Positions 11,120 through 21,672 are shown, numbered from the stretch's first letter. The stretch: DNA of 64,000 nt from Arenicellales bacterium (GCA_965216365.1 CBDCFT010000015.1:185106-249105); one strand, 5' to 3'. Program-made: numbers and translations. The notes: generated from the sequence alone by a model not told the origin.

Positions 11120-11425
11120 TTATCCGGGTGCGAGTCGGTGGGCGACGAGGAAGAATAAATGCTGATAGGGATAACGACTCGATAACAGAAAACGGACACG
11201 GCGGGTATTGCGCAGGATCACTGCACTGATCTTGAGCAGTTTCAATCGTAATGTGCCGCATAGGCGCGGGCCAGTTCGGTGCCCTTGAGTGCCAACCGTC
11301 GAATGGCCTCCAACAAGGTGTAGGCCATCGAGGAGAGCGTAAGCGAAACTGGTTCGGCCACACGGTGAACCACTGGTGCGATCGGCAAACATATCCAGTT
11401 GTTGCTCCTTGATCCGGTTCTCCAT
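11120..11425 (-). other. Possible IS5/IS1182-like transposase N-terminal remnant between the two USP repeat copies
   Basis: The minus-strand frame MENRIKEQQLDMFADRT... resembles the QxxLFxD start of the InsH-type N-terminal domain, but the rest is not conserved. Weak evidence. Confidence 0.2.
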
Positions 11426-11427
11426 GT

Positions 11428-12068
11428 CACCACGGGACGCGCAACCGGCTTTCGAAGGGATCAAGAGCATCTTGGTGCCGACCGACGGTTCGAACCAAGC
11501 AGACAAGGCGGTCGAACTCGCGAGCAGCGACATTGCCGCTAAATATGGGGCGAAGCTGGTACTCCTGTACGTAATGTGGCGCGGCCCGTCGCTCGAAGCG
11601 CTCCGTGCATTCGGTCGACCTGGACCCCAACTCAGCGAGAGTGCCCGTGATGAACTGGACCCGGTGCAACACCCGATCGCCGAGCATGTTAGTAGCACCT
11701 TCATACCGCCGATTGTCTCGAAGGACGCGTCCAAGGAAATCGGCGAACAAGTTCTCGCACGCGGGCGACAAACCGCAGAGGCAAAAGCACTAAACGTTCG
11801 GCGCGCGGACTCCGAAACTGGTGCTGCTGGACGGAGACCCGGCGCGCGCAATTGTCGGGACCGCCCGGCGTGAGCAAGCGGACTTGATCGCAAATGGGCA
11901 GTACCCCAGCGGTCTATACCCGGGGGAGTTGAAGGACTACTCACAGGCAGCGTCACCGCTTCGTACAACCCGGTGAGTCACCACGGTTCCCTGCCTCAGC
12001 CTGCATGATCGTTCGCTGACGCCACGGGTGCGCCCGAGCGGACTTCGCCTTCTTGGGAAACCTAGCCC
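11428..12068 (+). repeat. Copy B of the ~600-bp repeat unit; a degenerate UspA-family gene
   Basis: ...FEGIKSILVPTDGSNQADKAVELASSDIAAKYGAKLVLLYV... then a frameshift, then ...GDPARAIVGTARREQADLI... Same unit as copy A. Confidence 0.6.
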
Positions 12069-12631
12069 ATCTCTGTGATCCAACGTGCCATAAAGAGTTG
12101 AATTACGCCACCATACGCGCGGAAGGCCGTGTCAAATTATCGATTATGCGGCAAGCGGCAGCTGGACCAACCCACCCGCCGCGCTAATAAAACTCCACAG
12201 GTTCTTCACATGCCCAGTGTTCGGACTCGCTCTGTTTAAATCGAACTCGAACGGCGGCTTGAAGTTCTAATCCGCCTCGTTTTGAAATCGGCCAATAGTC
12301 CGCTTGGAGTATTCTACAGTCTACGCTTACTTGTTGCCCGAAAAGGATAATTGGTGGAAGTAATGATTAAATGCTTTCTTGTCCGTAGTCACTTGATTCT
12401 TACGAAATAAAAGACGTAGCCCGAATCCAATAAGAATAGTACCAGTCAAACTTAAGACTTTTATCCCGCTCGCAGTGTTAGGAAATTGGGTTGTTGAATA
12501 GAGTTATCTGTCTATCGTTGTAAAAATAGCTCAAGATTTGTTACGTCACAGAAAATTGGTTTCTTTATGATGCTGTCAACACAAAACAGCTCAAAAAATT
12601 GTTACAACGATGATGAGGCTGCCCAATATCA

Positions 12632-14245
12632 CTAAGCGTAGCGCTTAAATTCCAGCGTCCCGTCGCGCTCCATTTGTTCCACTAACGCCACTTCCCAATC
12701 CAGGTAGTCCTGCATGCGTTTTCGCGCGGCGTCGGGATGATCGTAGGGCTTGTACCAGACATCGTCCGCATCGGGATTAACGTCGGTATCGCCGGCGTCC
12801 TTAAAACCGCTGTCCCAGGCAAATCCCGCGTCCAGCCACGCATTGTTACCGCCTGCCAGAACACGCACTAATTGATTCGGTCGCAGCTCGGCAATATCCT
12901 TGGCTGCGTAACGGGCCAAGGTTCCGTCAGGCGATGTGATGACCAACAACCCGGCAGGTGGCATCAAAGTAAGTGTTGCATCGAGATCCGGACGCGTGAC
13001 CCACTGTGCGTCTGGAATATGAGCTTTGCGAAACGTCAGACTGTCGGCGAAATCGAGTACACGCACCGACTCGCCCGAATCCAGCGCGGCTTTGAGTTCG
13101 GATGCACTTAAGGTTTCTGCTTGCGCATCGCTTAGCAAGGGTGGCTGGTAATGTTCGGTCGTAAGGTCTTGTCCTTCGAACGCATCCTGCAAAACATAAA
13201 CCTCGGGCCAACTCATTTGTATTAACCAGGACGCGGTCATGGTGGCACGCACCAGCGTGTCGTCAATTAACACGACCGTCGCGTTTCGTACCGCCATGTA
13301 TTCATCCGTCGCCTGCACAAGCTGCCCGCCGGGCGCGGAACGCGAACCGGGTAAGTGCGACGCAGCGAATTCCTCCAGTGAACGCACGTCAAGTAGATAG
13401 ACGGTTTTATCTGCGTAGCGATTTAACGCATCCAGTTCTTCGTGACCGATATAACGCACGCCAAAACGCGCGGCGACATTTCTCGCGCGTTGTTGTGCAT
13501 GATCTAAACCTTTGGACGATGGATTTGGTGCACATTCCTGTGCGCCACGATCCACATCGAACCCTGCGAGTTGCCAACCCATCGTGCCATCTTTCAAAGC
13601 CATCACTCGGTTAGGAATACCGGCGTTTATCAATGATTGGGAACCGATAATACTGCGCGTGCGGCCTGCGCAATTAACCACGACATCAGTTTTCGGATTG
13701 GGCGCAAGATCATGCACACGGTAAACCAGTTCTGCACCCGGCGTGCTGACGCCGCCCGGAATACTCATGCGATGATATTCACTGAACGGTCGGCTGTCTA
13801 AGATCACGAAGTCATCACCCGACGCCTGCCGCGCATGCAAGTCATCGGCAGTGATATGCGGTGTGTCATAGTTGATCTCGACGAACTCGCCAAAAGCCTT
13901 GCTCGGCACGTTGATGCCGCTAAACAATTCAAAGCCCGCATTTTTCCAGCCATCAATTCCGCCGTCGAGGATTGAAACATCGGTATAACCAAAACCTGCA
14001 AGCCGTTCCACTGCGCGCCGTGCAAGATTCTCTTTGCCTGATGGTCCGGCATCGCACAATACAACGGTGGTGTTTTTGCGCGGTACTGATTCCGCGAAAC
14101 GCAATTCAAGGCGGCTGAAGGGAATGCAGGTAGCAAGCAGTAAATGACTTTTAGCGAACACACCTTGCTCGCGCACATCGATTAACGCTATTTCGGCAGG
14201 TTCGCGTAGTTTTTGTTTTAGTTCTGCTGGGGAAACAAATTTCAT
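12632..14245 (-). CDS. Multi-domain rhodanese-family sulfurtransferase
   Basis: 537 aa with several rhodanese-like modules, including an active-site Cys loop CAGRTRS. It lies in an operon with the CDO-family gene at 14257–14850. Confidence 0.8.
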   Translation of the reverse strand: MKFVSPAELKQKLREPAEIALIDVREQGVFAKSHLLLATCIPFSRLELRFAESVPRKNTTVVLCDAGPSGKENLARRAVERLAGFGYTDVSILDGGIDGWKNAGFELFSGINVPSKAFGEFVEINYDTPHITADDLHARQASGDDFVILDSRPFSEYHRMSIPGGVSTPGAELVYRVHDLAPNPKTDVVVNCAGRTRSIIGSQSLINAGIPNRVMALKDGTMGWQLAGFDVDRGAQECAPNPSSKGLDHAQQRARNVAARFGVRYIGHEELDALNRYADKTVYLLDVRSLEEFAASHLPGSRSAPGGQLVQATDEYMAVRNATVVLIDDTLVRATMTASWLIQMSWPEVYVLQDAFEGQDLTTEHYQPPLLSDAQAETLSASELKAALDSGESVRVLDFADSLTFRKAHIPDAQWVTRPDLDATLTLMPPAGLLVITSPDGTLARYAAKDIAELRPNQLVRVLAGGNNAWLDAGFAWDSGFKDAGDTDVNPDADDVWYKPYDHPDAARKRMQDYLDWEVALVEQMERDGTLEFKRYA

Positions 14246-14256
14246 AATATTACTGC

Positions 14257-14850
14257 TTACTTTCCGCGTGCATCACGAATATCGTCGTGCGGTTTGAAAT
14301 AGCGCCACTCCCTGGTTTTCGAGTCCAGGTATTCGCGTTTAGTCAGTTGTTCAAGCCCCAGGCCGTACATGTGAAAGTTGACCACAGGTGCGCCCGCGTC
14401 AATATGGATGGAATGTAGATCATCCGGCAACATGGCAACGCCGGAGCCGGGTTCGACAGGTTGACGGTCCACTTCCTCGACATCACCATCGGACTGGCGA
14501 TTGTAAAAACGGTTTAACTCACGTCCCTGAATACCGGTAATCACCGCCCAGGTGGTGTGATTGTGCGGTGGGGTGCTGACAGCCCCGTCGCTCACCTGTA
14601 AATAAAGGGCAAAACGATGATCGTCATCTTCCGACAAACGATAAAGACAGGAGGTGTCGTCATCGTCGGCGCCTGGCGCGGGAAAATCGTCGAGGCCAAA
14701 CAATTCCGCATGCGTTGCCAGTGAAATTAACTCGGATTTTATCTCCACCAGCGACTCGCGATTGACGCCGGACGATTGTTCTATTCGACGGATCTTATCG
14801 ACCGTTTCTTTCACTGCATTGTTACGTGTTTGCGCTTGGGACATGTTCAT
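14257..14850 (-). CDS. Cysteine dioxygenase type I family thiol dioxygenase (3-mercaptopropionate/cysteine dioxygenase-like cupin)
   Basis: 197 aa cupin with a PPHNHTTWAVITGIQG HxH metal-binding motif. Its pairing with a rhodanese gene matches the known 3MDO–rhodanese arrangement. Confidence 0.7.
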   Translation of the reverse strand: MNMSQAQTRNNAVKETVDKIRRIEQSSGVNRESLVEIKSELISLATHAELFGLDDFPAPGADDDDTSCLYRLSEDDDHRFALYLQVSDGAVSTPPHNHTTWAVITGIQGRELNRFYNRQSDGDVEEVDRQPVEPGSGVAMLPDDLHSIHIDAGAPVVNFHMYGLGLEQLTKREYLDSKTREWRYFKPHDDIRDARGK

Positions 14851-14964
14851 CCTCCTAAAGATGTGTGGATAACAATGTATCCTGTCACAGACGTTTGCGC
14901 CAGAGGTGCTTGTTGATAAACTTACGAGCCGATTTTCTTAGCCCAAAAACCGAACCGAAAACGC

Positions 14965-15843
14965 GTGAAACAATATCTGGATACCGTCCGCGAGGCGCTG
15001 GACAAAGGCACTCGCAAGGAAAACCGCACCGGCGTTGATACCTTATCGACTTTTAACATCAACTACGAAATCGATTTATGCGAAGGTTTTCCGCTGCTTA
15101 CGACCAAGGAAATCTCCTGGAAAAATATCGTTATCGAAAACCTGTGGTTTTTATCCGGCGACACGCATATCGGCTTGCTCAAAAAACACAATTGTAAATT
15201 CTGGGATCCGTGGGCGGACGAGGACGGCAAGGTGCCCAGCGCCTATGGTAATTTCTGGCGTCATTTCCCGGTGCATCAGGACGGACAAGCCGCGTTTAAC
15301 GATCAGGTTGCGTGGGTAATCGATGAGTTAAAGCGTAATCCCATGAGCCGGCGTCTGTTAATCAGTGCCTGGGCGCCGGGTAATGCGCAAACCAGCGCGT
15401 TGCCGCCGTGTCACGCATTGTGGATATTGAATGTGCAGTTGGACGAAAACAGCGAACCTTATTTATGTTTGCATTTGACCCAACGTAGTTGCGATATCGC
15501 GCTGGGCATTCCCTACAACATCGCCGGTTATTCTTTTTTGCTCGAAATGATCGGACACTTTACCGGTATTCGTCCGGGCATTTTCGCGCACACCCTGGTG
15601 GATGCGCATATCTACACCGCCAAGGCGGACGGTTCCATGGCCGAGTATGATCACATCCCTGGTTTGCAGGAACAACTCACCCGCGAACCGCGGGCGTTGC
15701 CTCGTTTAACCATCGACCCTTCGATTAAATCGCTGGACGATATCAGAGGATTACTGGATGCGGATACTGATGAAATCATGTCAAAGTTTCCGCTCGAAGG
15801 TTACGACCCGCATCCGTTTATCAAATTTAAAGTGGCGGTTTAA
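14965..15843 (+). CDS. thyA: Thymidylate synthase
   Basis: MKQYLDTVREALDKGTRKENRTGVDTLS..., the catalytic Cys region PPCHALWILNV, and RSCDIALGIPYNIAGY. GTG start. Confidence 0.9.
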   Translation: MKQYLDTVREALDKGTRKENRTGVDTLSTFNINYEIDLCEGFPLLTTKEISWKNIVIENLWFLSGDTHIGLLKKHNCKFWDPWADEDGKVPSAYGNFWRHFPVHQDGQAAFNDQVAWVIDELKRNPMSRRLLISAWAPGNAQTSALPPCHALWILNVQLDENSEPYLCLHLTQRSCDIALGIPYNIAGYSFLLEMIGHFTGIRPGIFAHTLVDAHIYTAKADGSMAEYDHIPGLQEQLTREPRALPRLTIDPSIKSLDDIRGLLDADTDEIMSKFPLEGYDPHPFIKFKVAV

Positions 15844-15860
15844 CAATTGCGAGTTAAACA

Positions 15861-16337
15861 ATGATCGGCGCCATTGTCGCCATGACCGACGACGGGGTCA
15901 TCGGTAAGGACGGCACATTGCCGTGGCATTATTCCGCGGATCTAAAACGATTTAAAAAACTGACCATGGGTTCGACCATAGTCATGGGCCGCAAAACATG
16001 GGAGTCGTTGCCAAAAAAAAAACCGCTACCCGGTCGGCGCAACATCGTTATTACGCGCAGCAACATTCCAGATGTTGACTGTTTTAGAAACATCGAGGAT
16101 GCGCTAAACGATTGTACCGGTGACGTGTGGCTCATAGGCGGTGCACGATTATTTGAACAAGGTCTGGCTTACTGCGACATCATCGACATAACTTATGTGC
16201 CCGATAAAGTCGAAGGTGAAAACATTGTTCGACTGGACAACATCGCCTGGGAAGAATGGGATGCAGGCCCGGTCAACCTTCATGAAGATGATGAACGATT
16301 AAAACACCAAATATTCACACGAAGATCGAAAACGTAA
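15861..16337 (+). CDS. folA: Dihydrofolate reductase
   Basis: 158 aa with MIGAIVAMTDDGVIGKDGTLPWH...IVMGRKTWESLP. It sits immediately downstream of thyA. Confidence 0.9.
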   Translation: MIGAIVAMTDDGVIGKDGTLPWHYSADLKRFKKLTMGSTIVMGRKTWESLPKKKPLPGRRNIVITRSNIPDVDCFRNIEDALNDCTGDVWLIGGARLFEQGLAYCDIIDITYVPDKVEGENIVRLDNIAWEEWDAGPVNLHEDDERLKHQIFTRRSKT

Positions 16338-16424
16338 TAAAAAATCACCTGTCTAGGGGAAGAAACAAGGTTGAAAAATTGCCACACTAAGGCCTCGTAA
16401 ATCACCAAGGAAGAGGTATCAAGG

Positions 16425-16781
16425 ATGAAAAAATGTCACTTAATATGGACAATTCTGTTTTCAATTTTACTGAGCATTAACTGGGTAACAGCGAACGCGC
16501 AAGGCCTTGACGATGTAAAACTATCGTTACCCGATTCGGCTATTGCCGTTGATGTCGTCACTACATTTTCATGTCCTGGGCCAAAGCCGAAAAATATCGG
16601 CTGCACAACGGTATGTAAGCCATGTAAGACCTACGTTTGCGTCAACGGTGCTTGGGTGCCGACCGATCTCGATTGGCCGGATCGATTGTGTGAATCACGT
16701 CCCGGCACTGGCGGTGGCGGAAATGTTTGCGTCGGAACGGATACTGGGTTTTGTCCCGCCGAATGTTCGTCATGCATGTAA
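16425..16781 (+). CDS. Secreted small cysteine-rich protein of unknown function
   Basis: 118 aa with a good SD (aggaagagg) and a signal peptide ending ANAQG. It has 10 Cys in CxxC/CxC patterns and a GTGGGGN tract. No recognisable domain. Confidence 0.5.
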   Translation: MKKCHLIWTILFSILLSINWVTANAQGLDDVKLSLPDSAIAVDVVTTFSCPGPKPKNIGCTTVCKPCKTYVCVNGAWVPTDLDWPDRLCESRPGTGGGGNVCVGTDTGFCPAECSSCM

Positions 16782-17087
16782 CTTGTAATTGATCTGGCCC
16801 GGTGATTCGCCGGGTCAGTCACTTCACCAAAATGTTAAGGGTCAACTTGAAATCGGGTTGGGCGTGTTAGTGCAGTGTAATCCGCTGGACATTTCATCCA
16901 CTTTGCTGACTCAGAATAGCAAAGGTAACAAACCCCGTGGGGCATAGGGTATATAGTGGTAAGGCGACGGGATTGAACTTAACACCTAGATCTTTCATTA
17001 GCGCAACAGTTTGCGGTTTGTCGATCAAGTTGAAACCTCCACACATGGCAGCGATTGTAACCACACATTCTGTTCCCTCCAATTAAT

Positions 17088-20000
17088 CTAATGAAAATCA
17101 CGTGAACGTACACGCAAAGTGCTAAGCCATGCACTGTAATCATCCAGTTTTCTGGCGACGACATGAATAACATTACTTTCAATTTGAACAGCGCCATTCA
17201 CAACCAGCAAGCGGGCATTGATCAGGTTACGCCGTTGCGCCTCAACAATTTTAGGCCAGACGACAATGTTGGCGTGTCCGGTTTCGTCTTCCAGCGTAAC
17301 AAAAATGACACCGGATGCCGTCATGGGTCGTTGGCGGTTGATGACCAGCCCGGCAACACTGGCCACGCAACCATTAGATAAATGCTCTAATTCACACGCC
17401 GGATGAATGCCTATGTCGTTCAGGCGTTTGCGATACAATGCGACGGGATGACGGCCCAGGGTCAGACCGATGCTGGCATAGTCGGCGATGATATTTTCTT
17501 CTTCCTGCGGTTTGTACAACATGGCTTCGCCCTCGTTGAACTGCGGTGAGGGCAAAATTTTTGTAGCGGACTCTGCGCCGGATACTTCCCAATATGCCTT
17601 ATGGCGATGATCGGCGATGTTAACCAATGCGTTGGCCGCGGCCAGTGCCTCTAAATCCGTTTTATTGAGTCGCGCCCTTTGGGCCAGATCCTGCACGTTA
17701 CGATAACGGCCATCATGTCGTTGATACACGATGTTTTCACCACTGGTCTGCGATAGACCCTTAATCATACGCAAGCCTAAACGCAGGGCAGGTTGTCTGG
17801 TGCGTGATGGTTCAAGGGTGCAGTGCCAATGACTGATTTGCACATCTACAGGTCGTATCTCGACACCATGCTGGCGTGCATCGTTGACTAATTGTGGAGG
17901 ACGATAAAATCCCATGGGCTGACTATTCAATAACGCGCAGGTAAACGCCGCAGGTTCATAATATTTTAACCACGACGAGATATACGCCAGCAAGGCAAAA
18001 CTGGCGGAATGGGACTCAGGGAAACCGTACTCACCAAAACCTTTGATTTGCCGGTAGATACGCTCAGCAAATTCCAATGGATAACCATTAGCTGTCATTC
18101 CATTGATTAATTTTTCCTCATAGGGTCCCAGATCGCCTCGACTCTGCCACGCTGCCATGCTGCGCCGCAACTGGTCGGCTTCACCGGGTGAAAATCCTGC
18201 CGCAACGATGGCAATTTGCATTACCTGTTCTTGAAAAATAGGCACACCCAATGTGCGTTGTAAAATCTGCTCGACCGCATCGCTGGGATAATCGACAGGC
18301 TCTATTTTGTCCCGGCGTCGCAGATAAGGGTGCACCATGTCACCTTGTATAGGCCCGGGACGAACAATCGCAATTTGAATAACAAGATCATAGTAATTTT
18401 TCGGTCTAAACCGCGGCAACATGGACATTTGCGCCCGCGACTCGATTTGAAAAACGCCAACGGTGTCCGCTTTTTGCATCATGGCATAAACCTTCGTGTC
18501 TTTTTTAGGAATACTTTCCATGCTCCAGCGTTTACCACTGTAACCTTCGATCAGATCAAAACACTTGCGGATCGCAGTCAACATACCGAGGCTCAGCACA
18601 TCGACCTTAAGCAGTCCTAAGGATTCGAGATCGTTCTTTTCCCATTGTATGACTGTGCGATCCGGCATGGCCGCGTTTTCGATGGGGGCTAACTCGGACA
18701 GGTTGCCTTGCGTAATGACGAAGCCACCTACATGTTGCGAAAGATGACGAGGAAAATGAAAGATTTCACCAACCAGGGTAAACAGTTTTCCAATTTTGGG
18801 GTTTTTGTGGTCAAAACCGTTTTCTTCTAATTGCGATATGAGTTGTTGTGTACTGTCCCACCATTGTATGGACTTCGACAAACGGTCAACCTGCTCCAGG
18901 CTAAATCCCAATGCTTTACCCACGTCACGAATCGCGCTGCGCAATTTATAAGTAACTACGGTGGCAGCTAGCGCTGTGCGTTCACGTCCGTAACGTCGGT
19001 AAATATATTGAATGACTTCTTCACGTCGTTCATGTTCAAAATCGACGTCGATGTCAGGTGGCTCGTCGCGTTCTCTGGAGATAAATCTCTCGAACAACAA
19101 TTCCACCATTGATGGATTAACCTCGGTAATGCCAAGGCAATAACACACTGCTGAATTTGCAGCCGATCCACGCCCCTGACATAAGATATTCTGGCTACGA
19201 GCAAATCGAACTACATCGTAAATGGTTAAGAAATAGGGTTCATATTTCAGCTCAGTAATGAGCTTGAGTTCATGTTCGATTTGTTTTTTAATCTTGTCGC
19301 TTGCACCATCCGGCCAGCGTCGTTGCATGCCTTGTTCAGTTAATCGCCGGAGCCATGATGCGGGAGTGTATCCGGACGGAACGATCTCCCTGGGATATTC
19401 ATAACGCAGTTCATCCAAATTGAAATTGCACAGCGATGCAATATACACACTTTGTTCCAGCAACTCAGGTGAATAGAGTTTTGACAACCGTTGCCGGGAC
19501 TTTAGATAACGTTCGCCGTTGGGAAACAGATCAAAACCGAGTTCATTGAGTGGTTTGTTAAGACGGATAGCGGTGAGCGTATCCTGCAACGCACGCCGCC
19601 CCGGATGATGCAGATGTACACTGCCACAGGCAACGCGGGGCAGGTTGCATGCCGTGCTTAATTTTTCGGTGTGTTCTAAATAATTTTTTTCATTGCCGAG
19701 CAACAAACGGGTTACTGCAATCCAAACATGTTGTGGAAACAGTCTGGCAAGCCATACGCCATCCTCAATTTGTGAACTCTCATTAACCAGCCAGAGTACA
19801 ATGCACCCTTCAGGGCACAGAGCCTCGAATTCCATACGGTTTAATTTATAAGTCCCTTTATCGGCATTACGCCGTGCATGGGTAATCAAACGCGACAGAC
19901 GGCCATAACTTCCCCGATCGGTGGTTAACACAACACAACGCAATCCGTCTGCTAACGTGAACTCGCTACCGACGATTAACTTGATGCCGCATGCTTTAGC

Positions 20001-20171
20001 CGCTACATGCGCCCGCACCACACCGGACAACGAACATTCATCGGTGATAGCGATGGCGCAATAACCGAACTCGTGCGCCTGTTTGACTAACTCTTCGGGA
20101 TGGGAGGCGCCGCGTAAAAAAGTAAAGTTGCTGATGACATGCAACTCGGCATAGTCAGGCAAACAGTCCAT
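17088..20171 (-). CDS. dnaE2: Error-prone DNA polymerase III alpha-like (DnaE2/ImuC)
   Basis: 1027 aa with a PHP domain at the N-terminus (HVISNFTFLRGAS...) and a Pol III alpha core. It is the last gene of the imuA-imuB-dnaE2 cassette. Confidence 0.9.
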   Translation of the reverse strand: MDCLPDYAELHVISNFTFLRGASHPEELVKQAHEFGYCAIAITDECSLSGVVRAHVAAKACGIKLIVGSEFTLADGLRCVVLTTDRGSYGRLSRLITHARRNADKGTYKLNRMEFEALCPEGCIVLWLVNESSQIEDGVWLARLFPQHVWIAVTRLLLGNEKNYLEHTEKLSTACNLPRVACGSVHLHHPGRRALQDTLTAIRLNKPLNELGFDLFPNGERYLKSRQRLSKLYSPELLEQSVYIASLCNFNLDELRYEYPREIVPSGYTPASWLRRLTEQGMQRRWPDGASDKIKKQIEHELKLITELKYEPYFLTIYDVVRFARSQNILCQGRGSAANSAVCYCLGITEVNPSMVELLFERFISRERDEPPDIDVDFEHERREEVIQYIYRRYGRERTALAATVVTYKLRSAIRDVGKALGFSLEQVDRLSKSIQWWDSTQQLISQLEENGFDHKNPKIGKLFTLVGEIFHFPRHLSQHVGGFVITQGNLSELAPIENAAMPDRTVIQWEKNDLESLGLLKVDVLSLGMLTAIRKCFDLIEGYSGKRWSMESIPKKDTKVYAMMQKADTVGVFQIESRAQMSMLPRFRPKNYYDLVIQIAIVRPGPIQGDMVHPYLRRRDKIEPVDYPSDAVEQILQRTLGVPIFQEQVMQIAIVAAGFSPGEADQLRRSMAAWQSRGDLGPYEEKLINGMTANGYPLEFAERIYRQIKGFGEYGFPESHSASFALLAYISSWLKYYEPAAFTCALLNSQPMGFYRPPQLVNDARQHGVEIRPVDVQISHWHCTLEPSRTRQPALRLGLRMIKGLSQTSGENIVYQRHDGRYRNVQDLAQRARLNKTDLEALAAANALVNIADHRHKAYWEVSGAESATKILPSPQFNEGEAMLYKPQEEENIIADYASIGLTLGRHPVALYRKRLNDIGIHPACELEHLSNGCVASVAGLVINRQRPMTASGVIFVTLEDETGHANIVVWPKIVEAQRRNLINARLLVVNGAVQIESNVIHVVARKLDDYSAWLSTLRVRSRDFH

Positions 20172-21672
20172 GTAAATACCACTCCCGGCCCTGTTTCAGA
20201 TCTCGGTAAACCCACCAGCGTACCCCCTTTTTTGATATAGCAACGTAGTAATCGCGCCCGATATCATCATCGTCCCACCAGCCGTTTTCGATACGCTCGG
20301 ACTGGGTTATAAATTTCGTTCCATTCAACACAACAGGCAGTGCCTGCGGCAGTAGATAAACGGGTCTGCGCAGATTTTTTATCCATGCCAGCGTGTCGCT
20401 ATTATCATGGATTTTACCAATGCAACAACGCTGCCAGGCATGTTCAGGCCGGTGGTCGGCCGCCGTTTGCATGCAATACACTTTGTCATCGCCAACACGA
20501 GCTTTGATCAGATCCGTCAGTTGTTGCCAGTCCTGTTCGTCACTCGCGCGTTTGTCGAACAAGTCGGCATGGGATGCGGCATAAGGCAATACCTGATCGA
20601 TATGCAGCGATACACGTTCGACCTCATCCGGTAAGGTTAAATGTTCAAGTCGTTCGTTAATAAGCGTTAAAAACCGTTGTGATTGCCGCGAGGCTTTTTG
20701 TAACCGAATGGGTAAGGGCGTGTGAGTCTTGTGGTCATGCCAGAACTTGATGAGCAGGGCATCGGTCATGGCATCGTGCCGGCGCAAAAAGTTTTCTGCC
20801 TTACCCAGCAACTTCTCAAGCGCGATCATTAATAAGTCAACGCTGTCACTGTGCACCGGCAGTTCCAGTTCGGCGTTAAAACGCACACTGGGCATAAAGA
20901 CACGGCGTAAATCGGGTTGCATGGCGCTGGCATGATCCAAAAATGTCAACAGGGACACGCCAAAACGTCGCGTCAAACCCGCACGCGGTAAACGCCATAA
21001 ATCACGCAAAGTGTATAACCCGCATTTCGATAAACTCTCGACCAGCTTGGTCGAAAGCCCGGTATCGACCAGTGCTATTTCGCCTAATGCAGATTTCAAA
21101 CCGGCTTTATCGGTTATATTTTTTTCCATGCCGTTATGCGCCAACAGCCATGCTGACGTGGGTGTGGGAGTCACTGCTAGAAAAAAGGTTTGTTTATGTT
21201 TTGTAAACATGTCGCGTACATGACTCCGCAGTTTTTTCATGCCGCCGAATAATTTAAGACTGCCGGATACTTCCATTAACAACGCATCGGATTCCTGCAG
21301 AGCGATATGGGGTGTAAAACGAGCTGCTTGCCGGGCCAGTTGTTCCAGTTTTTTACGTTCAAACGCGACATCGCGCATACACACCTTGAGATGGCGGCAC
21401 AATGCATAAGCAGCATTCAATGGCATGCCCGGCGTGATGCCCCGGGACTGCGCAATGCCGCAGGCAGCATAAATCACATGGCGATTTTTTTGTTGCTCGA
21501 TAATCGCGCAAGGCATGTCTTGCTCACGCGCCGGGGTTTGCAAAGCCAGTTCAGGAAAACAGATGCACAACCAGAGGTGTTGGCTGGTGGATAAATTTTC
21601 AGCGACCGGTTCGGCGAAAGACTCAAACGCTGCCGGCGTAATTTTTGGTGCGATGTTTAAGCTGGCATTCAT
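20155..21672 (-). CDS. imuB: Y-family polymerase-like ImuB
   Basis: 505 aa sitting between imuA and dnaE2, overlapping the dnaE2 start. It has UmuC/DinB-like N-terminal similarity. Confidence 0.75.
   Translation of the reverse strand: MNASLNIAPKITPAAFESFAEPVAENLSTSQHLWLCICFPELALQTPAREQDMPCAIIEQQKNRHVIYAACGIAQSRGITPGMPLNAAYALCRHLKVCMRDVAFERKKLEQLARQAARFTPHIALQESDALLMEVSGSLKLFGGMKKLRSHVRDMFTKHKQTFFLAVTPTPTSAWLLAHNGMEKNITDKAGLKSALGEIALVDTGLSTKLVESLSKCGLYTLRDLWRLPRAGLTRRFGVSLLTFLDHASAMQPDLRRVFMPSVRFNAELELPVHSDSVDLLMIALEKLLGKAENFLRRHDAMTDALLIKFWHDHKTHTPLPIRLQKASRQSQRFLTLINERLEHLTLPDEVERVSLHIDQVLPYAASHADLFDKRASDEQDWQQLTDLIKARVGDDKVYCMQTAADHRPEHAWQRCCIGKIHDNSDTLAWIKNLRRPVYLLPQALPVVLNGTKFITQSERIENGWWDDDDIGRDYYVAISKKGVRWWVYRDLKQGREWYLHGLFA

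Noticed and set aside
10074-11968. Dense set of overlapping ORFs on both strands (e.g. 11120..11968 −, 282 aa)
   Set aside because: They lie within a GC-rich tandem repeat and mutually overlap in antisense. None has coherent motifs, whereas the plus-strand USP fragments do. They are treated as artefacts of a GC-rich non-coding or pseudogene tract.
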